DNA of 64,000 nt, taken from Geosiphon pyriformis uo1 (taxonomy: Eukaryota > Fungi > Glomeromycota). Location of the stretch: assembly GCA_016748015.1 (NCBI GenBank), contig JAAOMT010000494.1, forward strand, positions 273,156 through 337,155, written 5' to 3'. The notes below the pieces were generated by a model. The model did no database searches. It saw nothing but the letters and a program-made list of their open reading frames with translations, and had not been told where the DNA came from. Position 1 is the first letter of the stretch. Each line of letters begins with the position of its first letter. Positions 13,894 to 26,500 of the stretch are shown here, one piece after another. The translations under genes were made by a program, and so were the position numbers.

Positions 13894-16800
13894 TGTTGTT
13901 CTGACTGGCCTGAGTGACTGGTCACATGTAGAAAATGCATGATTTGCACCTACTTTAGATCATTTCTTTAATATATAACAGTAAGTAGTGTTTGGATCTC
14001 ACTCGTTAACTAATTAAAAAAAAAAAGAATATTTTATTTTAAAAACAACTTAAAAAAATATTGATTATATTTTGAATAGATCAAAATTGATACATAAATT
14101 TTATGTTTAATATTCTAATAAATCTACTTTAAATAAAAGTTATTTCTTAAATAAAAAATTTTATAATATAAAAAAGTGATAAAATTGTAAAATATTTTAA
14201 TTATCTTACAAATTTAGCTAATAAAAAGACTCAAGTTTAAAAATTAAGCAGGACCAGTTTTAATTTTTAAGCAAATTAATACTACTTTTGGGCTATTAAT
14301 TAATAAATTTGCTTTTTTTGTTTTTTTTGTTTATTTATTTTTAATTATTTCTGCTTATTTAATATATAATCTTAAAATAATAATTGTGTAATACAAAAAT
14401 AGACTGCATTAGTATTAACATAAAAAATTAATTAATTAATTAATAAAAAATAGTAACTAAAAAAATAGTAAACGAAAAAACATTAATTACACAAATTAAA
14501 ACAGTTTTGTTAACCCATTTTTAAAGAAACTTAAAATTAATAACAGTTTTTATATTAATAATAAATTGTTTTTAAATTCAAATAATTATTTATTTAATAT
14601 TGTTATTTTAAGTTGTTTATAAATTAAACATTGTTTTGTTTTATATATTTTGTAAAAAAAAGTTTATTTATTATTTTATCACTTAAATAAAACTTTTTTA
14701 TATGTAAATAAATATAATATTATATATAAAAAACATAATAACTCTATTAATAAAAATAGTATATATTATTTTTATTAATAAGATTATACATAAATTGTAT
14801 GTAATTATTAACTTATTTTTATTAGTTAATCTAATAAATTTATATTACAATATAAATTGTGCATATAAATAAATATATATACAATATATATTTTATTTAA
14901 TTAAATATTATTATAAATTAAACCACTATTTAATTAACATATTAATAAATTGAACTAATATAAAACTATATAAAATAATTATCATTATTTGTTATATAAT
15001 TATTTATTTTTAATAACACAAAATTATTGTTTTTAGAGTTCAGTATTAAAATTATCTTTTATAAAGTAATTATAAAGTTCAATCACCAAAAATATATATT
15101 TTTTTAAGTTTAAAAATTTTAATTTTTGTGTAAAACAGATTATATACATATGCCATAATTTTTAGCTTCAAAAAAACAATATTTGGATTTTAGATATATT
15201 TTAATAATAATTTAATAAAATACTATTTTATTTTTATTTCTCTTAATTAAATTATTATTGAAAACTTAAGAATTTTTTCTAATCAGTTTACAGTTAGCTA
15301 TAATTTTAAAAATTTAATAATTTTGATGAGACTTACTTACATATTTTATTTTTATAAAGCTTAATGTAAAAAAATTTATTTCATATTTTCAAATAAAAAA
15401 ATACAAATTAAATAATTGCAAAATAGGTTTAAAGAAAAACACATCAATGTTTAGATTTATTAATTAGCTTATAAAAAAAACCATTTACAACAAAAAATTA
15501 GATACAAACAATACAACATCTTAAAATTATAACAGAAATATTTAATAGAAAACAACTATTATAATTGTTACTTAAAAAACTATTTCCTATCAAAAAAGTA
15601 AATTTCGAAACCAATTCTCAGCTAATATTTAAAAAACGTTTGAAAATATTAATATATTATTTGGTGTAAAAGTTTAATGCAAATATTAAACATTAATTTT
15701 TTAATTGTGCAAATATTAATAAAATTTTAAATTTAAGCACTACTATTGTTTATGTTTCAAGTTTTTGTTTACTATTTTATAATAACCAAATACTTTTATT
15801 TTAAGCTATTATTAAAACAATAATTAAAACAATTCAGTTTTAGTTTATTAAATTAAAAACACACATATTTAAAATATTTGTGCCAAGTAAACATTATGTA
15901 TTTAATCATAAGAAAATTCAAATTTAAAGTTAAATTGTTTGAACTTTTATTAATAAAATTGCCAATATTATAAATAAACAATATGTTAAAATTATATATT
16001 AGCTTTTTTTATAATTTTATTAATTTAAAATTTATTATTAAAAACAATATTAACTTTTTTTGCATAAAGTTTGTATTTCAAAATTTTTAAATATAATTAT
16101 TAAATTAAGCTTATTAAAACATTTTTTTATTATTTTTAAGAATATAAAATTTTTTATAATATTTGTTTTTGTTATTGTAGCTTTATGTAATATTTTTTTA
16201 AAGATTATTTTTAACAAAATTAGAAATGTTTTAAGTATTTTTAATAAGATTTTAAATATTAAATTAAAGTTTATTGATTTGTAAAAATATATTATTGTGT
16301 ATTTAAAATTATTAAAATTGTTTTTGCTTATTAGTTAATTTAAATAATAAAAAATAGTATTAAAATTATTTATATTAATTAAAAAAAAGTATTGTTTTTT
16401 AAAATAAATTTAAGATTAAATTAATTAATTTTTTTTAATTTTATAACTTTTAATCAGTAATTTAGTTTTCTAAATTGGTAATTAATTTTGTTTTATTTTT
16501 TAGTTTTTTAATAATAATTTTTGTTAATAATTTAATAAAACAATTATAAAAATTATTACTTTATATAAAAGTTATATTTGATAAAAAACATTTAAATATT
16601 GGTATTATTATAAGTAATAAATTTAGATTATTTGGTTTTTATTTGTAAATTATATTTTTTGATTTTTTAAGTTTTTTGTTGTATTTAAAACTTAAATAAA
16701 TTAGTTATTTAATTTAATGCTTTATGTTAAAGCTGCTGCTTTTTTATTGCTGTTTAATTGTCTTTTTTTTAATAATTTTATTAATAAATATATAAAACTA

Positions 16801-17153
16801 AATTGGTTTTTTTAATATTTAAAATTAAATAATTTATTCAATATAATTAATTTTTTAATAATAAAAATTAAAACTTTAATAATTTTGAACACTTTTTTTA
16901 TAATTAACAAAGTAAATCTTAATATAATATTAAAACTTTAATTTATATTTTTAAAAAATCAAATCAAATATATTTTTAATTTAGTTATTGGTTTGCTTAA
17001 GTATTTAAAAATAATATATAAAAGTTTTATTAAATATATGTTATTTTATGATCTTGATAATTTTCAAATTAATTTGATTTAAAGAATATATAAATAATAT
17101 TTATTTCAAGTAATTAATTATATGTTGTTTATAGCACAAGTTATGTTTAATAC

Positions 17154-17171
17154 ATGATAATTGAATTATAA
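17154..17171. repeat. Left target-site duplication of LINE copy 3
   Basis: atgataattgaattataa vs ataataattgagttgtaa at 25496-25513; 15/18 identical and all three differences are G/A. Confidence 0.8.
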
Positions 17172-17310
17172 TTTCTTTCTTTTTTTTATTCCAAATTTCC
17201 AAAAAAGAGTCAATAAAATTTTTTGAAAGAAGTTTTTTATTATTCAGTATGATAAATTTAAACTGTTTTTGCTTAATTATGAGATTACTGTTGGCTTTAG
17301 TATTGCTGTT

Positions 17311-19098
17311 ATGAAAAAGACTCTTAAGGATTTTGGCTCTGGTATTAGTATCAAATCTGTTATATTTAAGAAAAAAAAAAAAAAAAGTGCTTTGAAAGAT
17401 AGTATTAATAACAAAGTGGTTTTTCTTAAAAGATTAGACTGTTATTCATGGAGTTCTAAGACTGGTAACACCACTGAATCTAATAATATTAACATAGAAG
17501 AAGAGTGGTCTGGTTGAAGAAACTAGCTTTAACTATGATAAAGATAATACTCTTGCTAAAGAAGATTCTGATTAAACATTTAAAAATTTATAGATACAAA
17601 CCAAAAAAATGTTAGGAAAGCCTTTGGAAAAGATTAATTTCTTGAATAATAATAATGATGATACCCTATTGAATGCTTCTCTAACATTTTTCTCTTCTTT
17701 GAAAAATTTGGTCAATATTTTTGTTAGAAAATTATTTGTTTTGGATATCAGTTTGGATAAGATGATTGGAAAATTCTCTCAAGAAAAGCTTGTAGTAATT
17801 AGAAAAATGTTTTTGAAAATCAATGGTTTTGGGAGAATTTTTACTTTTTTAAAATTTACTGGGATCATTAAAGCTATATTTATTTTTGAATTTAGCTTGA
17901 TTCAAGCTTTTAATGTTACAAAAGTGACAATAATCTTGGTAAATACCAATCTTAAAAAATATACTGGGCATTTAGATTGGACTGTGATGTTAAAAAAGAT
18001 CCCAATTGGTACTTTGGCTGAGGCTGTGCATACTGTATTATCAAGTTTGGTATAATTAAGTCGATCAAAATACAATTGGTTGGTCTTTGGCAGAAGACTG
18101 TAATAGAATTTAAACAAGTTAATCATGCTGATTTAGTTGTTTTTAGATGGTCTATTTTGATTGGAAAAAATGCTATGTGAATAGTTAAGACAAATTTAGA
18201 CAAAAAATCATAAGATACAAAAGATTAGCATAAGATACTGCTTTATATACTGTCAATAGATACCAATGCTTATAATATTTGGGACTTTATTAGTTCTATG
18301 GATGAGAAAACATGTGTTATTAATTATTATCTAGTTATGTATGCTTAGACCAAATACACTGTTGTTTGTTTTAACTCAGTTAAGTTGCTGGATGCTATTA
18401 TAAAAACCACACCTGTTTTAAGAAGTGTCAATTTGCACTGGTCTCATTTAGGCTCTGCTAAGTATATTAAGTATGAAAAATTAGATCATACTTTATTGGA
18501 CTGTTTTATAGATAAAAAAATTTTTTCTGATGGCCTATTTTATAGAGTGTTGTTGGAAGAAAATAAAAGCAGACTGGCATCTATTTATGCTAAATATTTA
18601 ACACTAATTGCCCATTCTGTTTTTTTTGGTGGTATTTTTTAGGCTAAGATTGTTGGTAAGTTCTCTGTCTTTCCTTTTTCTACACGAAATGATTTAGTTA
18701 ATACTAATTTTTTTTCAAAGATAAAGTCTACTTTACTAGTGTCTGTGAATTTAAATAGTAGATTTACTACTCTAAAGCACAGTTTTAACAGTCTTATGAA
18801 GCAAGTTATTAAGCTGGCTAAAAAATTGGATGCACTTGAGTTAATGGTTTTCCAGCCTAGTTCTAGATATTAGCCATTGATAACCCTTTTATTACAGAAT
18901 CAAGAAGTAAATATAGTAATAAATAAGAGTTTGGGTGTGATTATAAGTGTTGAAATTATTGCAGAAATAGTAAGTTTCAACTTTTTAGTGATTTCTAAGT
19001 TAGAAAAAACTTTAAACAGTTTATTAAACATGATTATAAAATTTTTGGCCAAAGTTGACAATACTGGTTTGGGTTTGAACACTCATTTATTTCAATAA
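17311..19098 (+). pseudogene. LINE ORF1, copy 3 (N-terminus differs from copy 2)
   Basis: Segments KINGFG, KIPIGTLAEAV, LWQK and SRLASIYAK, plus a C-terminal LLQNQ..ISKLEKTL region that aligns with copy 2. Start is approximate. Confidence 0.85.
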
Positions 19099-20893
19099 CA
19101 AATTTTATTTGAAAAGTAGTTAGATGTAATATAAAGAGCATAAATAACTCTGCTAAGCAAATGAATATTATTTAATAGCACAAAGATATAAACAATTTAA
19201 TTTTAATTTTTATGAAAATAAAACTAAAAGAAAAGATTTGCCTATGGATAGTTAACAAATTTGATGGTATTTATGTATTTACTTCTGGTTTGGATTCTGG
19301 CTATTTGAGTTTTGGTGTTGTGATTATTATAAATATTTTTTTGGCAAAACATATATGTAAAATTTTTAAGGTATCTGGTTAGCTTTTTTTTGTTAGACTT
19401 TTTTTCAAAAATAAACTTTTTGTTTTGATTTTGGAGCTTTATGCTAGTGCTTCCCTAGCAACTCATTTTTTTTAAGCTAGTAAAATTAATTTTTTAATTG
19501 CAAAGGCTGTAAATAAATTCTCCTTCATTATATTAAGTGACAATTTTAATAAAGATAATTCTTATAAGTGTGCTAGTTTCAAAAAATATCTTAATTTAGG
19601 ACTGGTTAATTTATTGATTAGGAGCCCATTTGTGAAAATATTAACATAGAACAATTTTTGGGAAGTCATAAGAACAATTGATTATGTGTTTATTTTTTTG
19701 AACTTGGTTAATGCAGTAGTGAATTATAATATAGCAGAAGTTGAAGACTATTTCAATACTAATTACTAGGCTGTTTTTATTTTCATTAGCTTGGATGGTT
19801 TGTTAAATAAATGGCTAAACTTGCTGTGTAAACAAACAAATAAAAATTATTGGAAATTTAACATTAAAAGTGCTAATAAAGCAGTTTGGTACAAGTTTAA
19901 GAAGGCTTTTGCTGCTAATAGAGCTATGTTTTTTGATAAATTTGTTGCTTTCAAGAGGTTTTTCAATTTGAATGCTTTATAAGATATTGTCTAGAAAGTA
20001 GTAATTTTTTTAGCTAATGAAGTGTTTAAGAGGAAATGGTTTAAGAACTTCAATAATATATACACCAAAAAATCTTCTAAGTTTTACAGATTAAAAATTT
20101 TAGTGTCGAAAATTGTCAAGTTTTTTCATGTAAGTTTTGATAGTAAATTTTGTTTCTTTGATAGATCATTGAATCTCCTTAAATAATAATAAGACTTCAA
20201 TTATTTGGATTTTATTAAATGCTGGTGCTAGTCTTAATTATGTGCATTTTTTTTTCAGTATAAGAAAGTTGTATTGTGCTAGCAAACATGCTAAATCTAT
20301 AAGGACTAAGGAATTAAATATCCAACTTGCTATAAATAAAAAAATGGAGAATTTTAAGATAAACAAGAGTCATACTATTAGAAATATTTTCAAGTGATCT
20401 TTTTGCAAAGTGGTATTGGACTATTTAGTTATCAATAATAATTTGATTCTGAAATCTAATTTGGTTAAAACCAAAGTAGATGTAATTATAAAGGAATAGA
20501 CTAGGAAATATAGAGTGGTTACTAATATTTTTGATGACTGGTCACATTAATATCAATTATTGGAATATGTTTTTGATGATGCTTTTTCAAATATTATGTG
20601 TTTAGTCAGTTTTGATAAATTGTTCTTTGTAATTTCAAATCTGCCTGATGGCAAAGCTGCTGGTCTTTCTGGTATTTCAAACAAGCTTTGGAAATATTGT
20701 GACAAATCAGTTTTGGATATGTTTTTAGTGTTTTTGAATTTTTGTCTGTCTAGTAAATTAGTATTCAGTTCTTGAAAAAAGACTTGGATCTCAATAATTC
20801 CCAAACCATATAAATAAAAAGGTGTTCTTATGAATACTTGTCCTATTGTTTTAATTAAAACAGCTCACAAGCTCCTTTTCAAAAATTTTTTGA

Positions 20894-21795
20894 TGTTACA
20901 AATAATTATTTGAAGTTTCAAATCAAATAACAAACTTATAACTTGGTGCTTAATAGCTGATCTCATTGGCAATATCTGAAAATTTTGGTTGTTTGAAGAT
21001 TTTTGTTAGAGTTCTTTGTATAATAAACAGAAATTTAAGTGTTGTTTTTTTTAGTAGTGTTTTAAGTATCAACCCTTAAGTTAGTGTGTTTTGTTGTCTG
21101 TTACTTTCCGAAATTATAATTTCATCAATTTTTTTTTCAGCATAGTAACTGGCAATCTCTTAGTAAGCTATTCTCAAATCTAAGTGTTTACTCTTATTTC
21201 TGGGTCTTTTACTAGTGCTTTATTCTGATGTCAGTAACTTAGTGCTTAATTCTTAATCAATTAATATACAACAATAAAAGAAAAAAGAAAAAAAAAAAAA
21301 ATAAAGAGAATAAGCCAAGGCAATAAAAAGTTAGTATTCTGTCAATAGCCATAATTAAAAGCTATTGTTTTAGTATGATTAAGTATTGGCAGCTATCAAC
21401 ATGAAATGTTGATAGTTAAAATTTGATGAATATTTCTCAATCTAATAATAACAATATAGATTAGATGTAGATAAGTATTTTATTAGTAATTTGATGATTT
21501 CACTTTAGTAGATGTGAACTATCCTTGAAATAATTAGAAAATAAATAAGAAAGAAAGTTTAAAACTAAGAGATCTGTTTTTTCTGTTTCTAATACTACTG
21601 CTATATATACATATTTCTCTTTATACAAGAAATTCTTTTTTTTTGTTAGATTTCTTGTAAAATTTTTGATTTTCTGAAACATCCAGGATTTTTTAAAAAA
21701 TCTTTTTTTTCTTCTTCTTATTCTAATTGGCTAATTTATAATCATGTGTTTTTTTTTTTCTATTATGTATTATTTTTTCTTTTCTAAGTATAACA
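20894..21795. mobile_element. Solo LTR A nested in LINE copy 3
   Basis: TGTTACA...TATAACA termini, 902 bp, non-coding; flanks ttga / tcag (4-bp TSD, inferred ancestral TCGG); homologous to 22566-23521. Confidence 0.82.
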
Positions 21796-22565
21796 TCAGA
21801 TAGAATTTTAGTGGCTTATAACACTTTTAACATACTTTATAGAAACAATTTTTTAGTTTTAAAAAATATATTAACACATTTTTCTATTTTTGTCATTGGT
21901 TTGGTAATTAAAGACATCTTAAAAAAGAACCATAAACTCTGGCTGGTTTTGCAAGACATGCAAAAAGCATACAATTCTGTTGGCTGAAAGCATTTTAAGA
22001 AGAGTTTAATAAAAATTAAGATGTGCAACAAATTTATTCAATTTTTCGATAGTATTTACAATAGTTGTATCAACAAAGTTATGATGAATTTTGTATTAAT
22101 TAGTAGGTATTAGGTGCATGATAATTTAGATCAGAGAGAGATTTTCTCATCTTTTTTATGGTATATATTTTATGATCCTCTTTTGTGTAATGTCAAAAGA
22201 CAAGAGAGTATGTATTAGTATAAGTTGAATTCTCATTTTATTTTCAAAAATGGTCATGCAGAATCTTAAGCTGGTTTGTCTTTTTTTTACTGCTGGTGCT
22301 TTTGTTGATGATACAATTTAGATTGACAGCATTTAAAGTACTACTCAATACATCTTTAATATTGCTAGTAAATTTTTTCAGGTTAATAATATCTCTATTA
22401 ATAATGACAAAATAGTGGCCATTCCTATCAATTACAAAGTTAATAGTCCTTTTTTATCAATCAGTAGTTTGCCTATTTTCATTGCCAAAAAGGGTAAATA
22501 TTATTACTACCTGGGTATTTTTTTATTCAGTAAAAGTCTGGTTAAGTCTAATTTAGCTAAGGTGC

Positions 22566-23521
22566 TGTTACAAATAATTATTTAAATAAGTAGAATAAAT
22601 AACAAACTTGTAATTTGATGCTCAATTGATATACTGGTGTTGGTTTCTGAAGGTTTTGGTGATCTGAAAATTTTGGTTTAAGTTCTTTGTATAATAGACA
22701 AAGATTCAAGTGTTGTTTATTTATAGTTTTTCAGAATTGTAATTTCATTGAATTTTTTTCTTATCATGATAATTAGTAATTCTTTTGGTAAACTATTCTT
22801 AATTTTATAAGTGTTCTACCTTTTTTTTATGGCTTTTTTACCAGTTTCTTTAACATTAATAACTTTATACATTAATTTCTAATCAATTAGTAAAATAATA
22901 GACAAAACAAAAGAACAGAAAAGAAAATAAAAAAATAAGCCAAGGCAAAAAGGAGTTAGTATCTCATAAATAGCCATAATTAAAAGCTATTGGTCCAGTA
23001 TAATTAAATATCAGCAATTATTAACATAAAATATTGATAGTAAAAGAATAGATTGCAATAATAATAAATATTTTTATTAATATTTGATGTTTCCATTTCA
23101 AGTTATAGAATACTATCATATAAAAAAATGGATATAAAATTAGAACTGGAGATTTTAAAACTAAGAATTCTGTTTTTTTTTGTTCCTAATACTTTTGGTA
23201 TATATACATATTTAATGTTTTATAAGATCTTATATATTCTTAAGCAATGCTTATATTGTTAAACAATATGCTGTAATTTTTAACAATGCTTCACATTGTT
23301 GAATAATATGCCATAATTTTCTGACAATGCTCTATATTGCTAAGCAATATGCTATAATTTTCTGATAATGCTCCACATTACTAAGCAATGTGCCATAATT
23401 TTCTGACAATGCTCCATATTGCTGAACAATATACTTACAGCTAAATACTATTTTCTTATTGGTCTATTTTTTATCTGTTTTTTTTTACTATTTTTCTTGT
23501 ACCTTTTTTTTATAAGTAATA
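22566..23521. mobile_element. Solo LTR B nested in LINE copy 3 (same family as A)
   Basis: TGTTACAAATAATTATTT start identical to A; ends GTAATA (GTAACA with C>T); flanks gtgc / gcac (inferred ancestral GCGC); shares the internal blocks aataagccaaggcaa and aatagccataattaaaagctattg with A. Confidence 0.82.
23245..23434. repeat. 41-bp tandem repeat (~4.7 units) inside solo LTR B
   Basis: Units start at 23245, 23284, 23325, 23366 and 23407; consensus caatgctccatattgctgagcaatatgccataattttctga. Confidence 0.9.
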
Positions 23522-26500
23522 GCACATTGAGATATCTGGTTTTTCACCAATCTTGTTCTAAAAAAGATCATTTCTAACAAACAGTTTTTTATTTGGTATT
23601 AACTGTCTTTTATTTTATTGTTGGCTATAAAACTCAATTCAGCTTCATTCCAATCAATGTGTATAATAAGTAAGATGTTTTGATTTGTAAAAACTTGAAA
23701 TTAAAATCCAGTTTGCCTCTCAATTTTCCTAATAATACACTTCATCACTCTTTTTTATATGACTTAAAAACTTTTAAACAGGTTCAAACTAAAAGCAAAG
23801 TAATATTTTTGGTGAATTTTGCAAACTCAGTTAGGATTTTGAGATAATTGTTCTCTTATAAATCTTATAACTTACAAGTTTTGTGTTAACATTTTTTTTA
23901 TCCTTAGAGCTTCTCAGCTTATATTAGAGTTAGGTCTTCTGATAACTTTTTGGCAAGTATAATTCATATCTTTCTTGAATACAATTTATTTTTGGATGAT
24001 TATATGAACAATTCTTTTCACTTTTGGAATGGAACTCTTATATCAACTGTTTTTAATAAGTCTATGTTTTTTAAGTTTCTTTCTTTACTTTAGCAATATG
24101 ATATTGCTTTTATAGACCAACTTTGCAGTTAAGATAACAATGTTTTTAATTAGAAAACTTTTAAATGATAAAAGAAATTGGATCTTTGTGGTCTTGTTTT
24201 TAATTGGTTCAAGCTCTTTGTAGACTTTTTTAGTAATGTGGGTTCTTTTTTTATATGCTTTTTTTTTGAGTAGTACTGGTTTTTTAAGTATTCTTGGGTT
24301 GAGTAATTTTGAGTTGATTTATGATCAATTATTAAATGTTGATGCTAATAGTCTGTTTGTTTATATGGATAAGTTTCTAAAGAACTTGGGAACCACTAAT
24401 GTAAGAACAGGTGCTGCAGTTTTTTTTGGAAACATAAACTTGAGTTTGGATATCAAGTGTTGAGTTTGCTGTTTTTTACTTTAGTAGAATTACAAGTTAT
24501 TGCATTGGCTTTTAAATGTGTTCTTCCTTTTAGCACAATTTGCTTATTTACAAACAGTCAAGTTGCTTTGAATATATGTAGTGTAAAATTAGGTTTGTTG
24601 TGTCTGAACTTTCAGAATCAGTGTTGAGTTAAATGCTAGCATATTGCAGAAATTATTCATAGTAAAAATTTGTATATTAAATGACACAAGATAAAGAGTC
24701 ACTTAAAAATTCTGGGCAATAAATGAGCTAATGCTCTTGCTGATATTGTATTTGTTTCTAATTAATATTTCCTTTTTTATTTAGAAAAACATTATATTTT
24801 AGCAGGTGATAGTATATTTTTTGATAATTTTAGACATTTTGTTCATGAGATTTTTTGGTCTGTTTATCATATATGTTAGAAAGTTGGTTCTACTTAATAG
24901 TTTGCTTTTGGACATTGACTGGTTTAGTTCATTTTTGGTGTTTTTTGTTCTACTTTATGTGTATCTTAACTGTTGTTGTTATATACTTCTAATGTTGTAG
25001 TGTGTACAGCTCTTTGTAAAAACTTTGTTTTTAATAGTTGGTGTTAAGAAACTGTTTCCATTCTTGAAAATTCTAAGGTTGCTAGTTGTATAGTTGTGAA
25101 CTTTGTGTGAAGTTTCTGTTTAGTCTTTAGAAATAAAATTTGGTTAGTCTGTGCTAAATATCAAGCTTTTATGAAAAAAAATGGACTAATTCCACATAAT
25201 GGTTCAGTTTCTATTTCAGTTTTTAAGATGTTTTCAGTGTTTTCTGCTAATGTAGTCAAATTGCTCAGTATTACTAAAGCATTCAGTATTAGTTTTAAAA
25301 TGTGTAAATCTTGTTTATTTTTTACAAGAATAAAAAACACAGTTTTGGTTTGTATAGACATATAGTGTTATCCTGATTAGCTTGAGTGGCTGGTTATGTG
25401 TAAAAAAAGCATGATTTACACCTAATTTAGATTATTTGTATAATATATTATACTAAGCAGTGTTTGGATCTCACTTATAAAACTAATAAAAAAAAATAAT
25501 AATTGAGTTGTAAAAAATAATTACAATTGAATTACATTTGTAAAACATAAATCATTTTGTGTTAAACATATTAAAAAAATTATTCTTTTTTTTATTAATG
25601 ACCATTTTTTTATTAAATAAAAATACATCAAATTTAATAAAGTCTAATAAAAAGAATAAATTTTTATTTGTTTCAGAATATATTAAAGTTGATTTCACTT
25701 CACTAATTGAAAAAATATTCTTTGATAAAAAATATTATAAATATGAAAAAAGATTTATATAGTTGTTTGTTTAGATACTATAATCCCTAATTTAAAGGTA
25801 TATAACTTAAATATATTATATATAATTAAATTTATTGCTTTTTCTCTATAATTTTTTATTATATAAAATAAACAGTACATGTAATAACAAGAGCAAATAA
25901 CGATGATAACAGGGACAACTGCAATAACAATAATAATAGCTGCAATAACGACGAAAACGATTCTGTTAATCCAAAGATCACCCATCTTGAATTGTTGCAC
26001 TGATTATCATCGCTGTAAACCGAAGATACAGTTAATCTGGAGGCACAATCAACTTTTGATTAACGAAAATCATCATGTACTTGTTTTTTATGTATATTAT
26101 AACATTTGTATTAAGATAACTTGAATAAAAAAAAATTAGCTGAATTTGTTTTTAAAGTTGTTCGCCTTAACTTTTTCGCCAGAACTGTATTATACGCTAT
26201 AAATAATTTATTAAAATTACAAATAAATCTAAATAATTATTAACACATAAAATAAATTAATAATTTGATAATAAAATTATTATTGAATAATTCTCTTGAT
26301 ATTATTATATATTAATATCATTTTTTTAAATTATTTATAACCATTAATTTTGAAACTTTGAATTAAATATTATAAAAAATTATTCAAAGGATTTGGCATG
26401 TTTAACTTTTTCATAATAGTGATTTTATAAATTTCAACAAATTTTTGTAGTTTTTAAATACTAAATTTTCTCTAAATTTAAACTTTTAATACTATAGTTT

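Larger units (their letters stand above)
7218..14026 (+). mobile_element. LINE copy 2, full length, degenerate
   Basis: Pyrimidine-rich 5' leader (5' boundary approximate), ORF1, ORF2, conserved 3' UTR and A11 tail at 14016-14026. TSD not resolved. Confidence 0.95.
19095..25365 (+). pseudogene. LINE ORF2, copy 3, interrupted at 20894-21795 and 22566-23521
   Basis: Motifs LPDGKAAGLSGISN, QDMQKAYNSVG, AFVDDTI, YLGIF, LFVYMD and GLIPHNGSVSIS. The reading frame resumes exactly after each insertion. Confidence 0.9.
17172..25495 (+). mobile_element. LINE copy 3, full length, heavily mutated, with two nested solo LTRs
   Basis: Homologous to copies 1 and 2 along ORF2 and the 3' UTR; A tail at ~25488-25496; flanked by an 18-bp imperfect TSD (17154-17171 and 25496-25513). 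Confidence 0.92.

Noticed and set aside
23245-23434. CRISPR-like array of palindromic repeats
   Set aside because: The units are contiguous with no unique spacers, lie inside an LTR in a eukaryotic locus, and no cas genes are present.
20894-23521. A single LTR element with two LTRs that captured LINE sequence
   Set aside because: Each LTR has its own 4-bp TSD and the LINE frame is collinear across both insertions.
1-25365. Alternative genetic code or stop-codon readthrough in the LINE ORFs
   Set aside because: The stops are of all three types and mostly differ between copies, and host genes use the standard code.
25755-26124. Small membrane-protein ORFs
   Set aside because: Overlapping low-complexity ORFs on both strands with no family motif or splice support.
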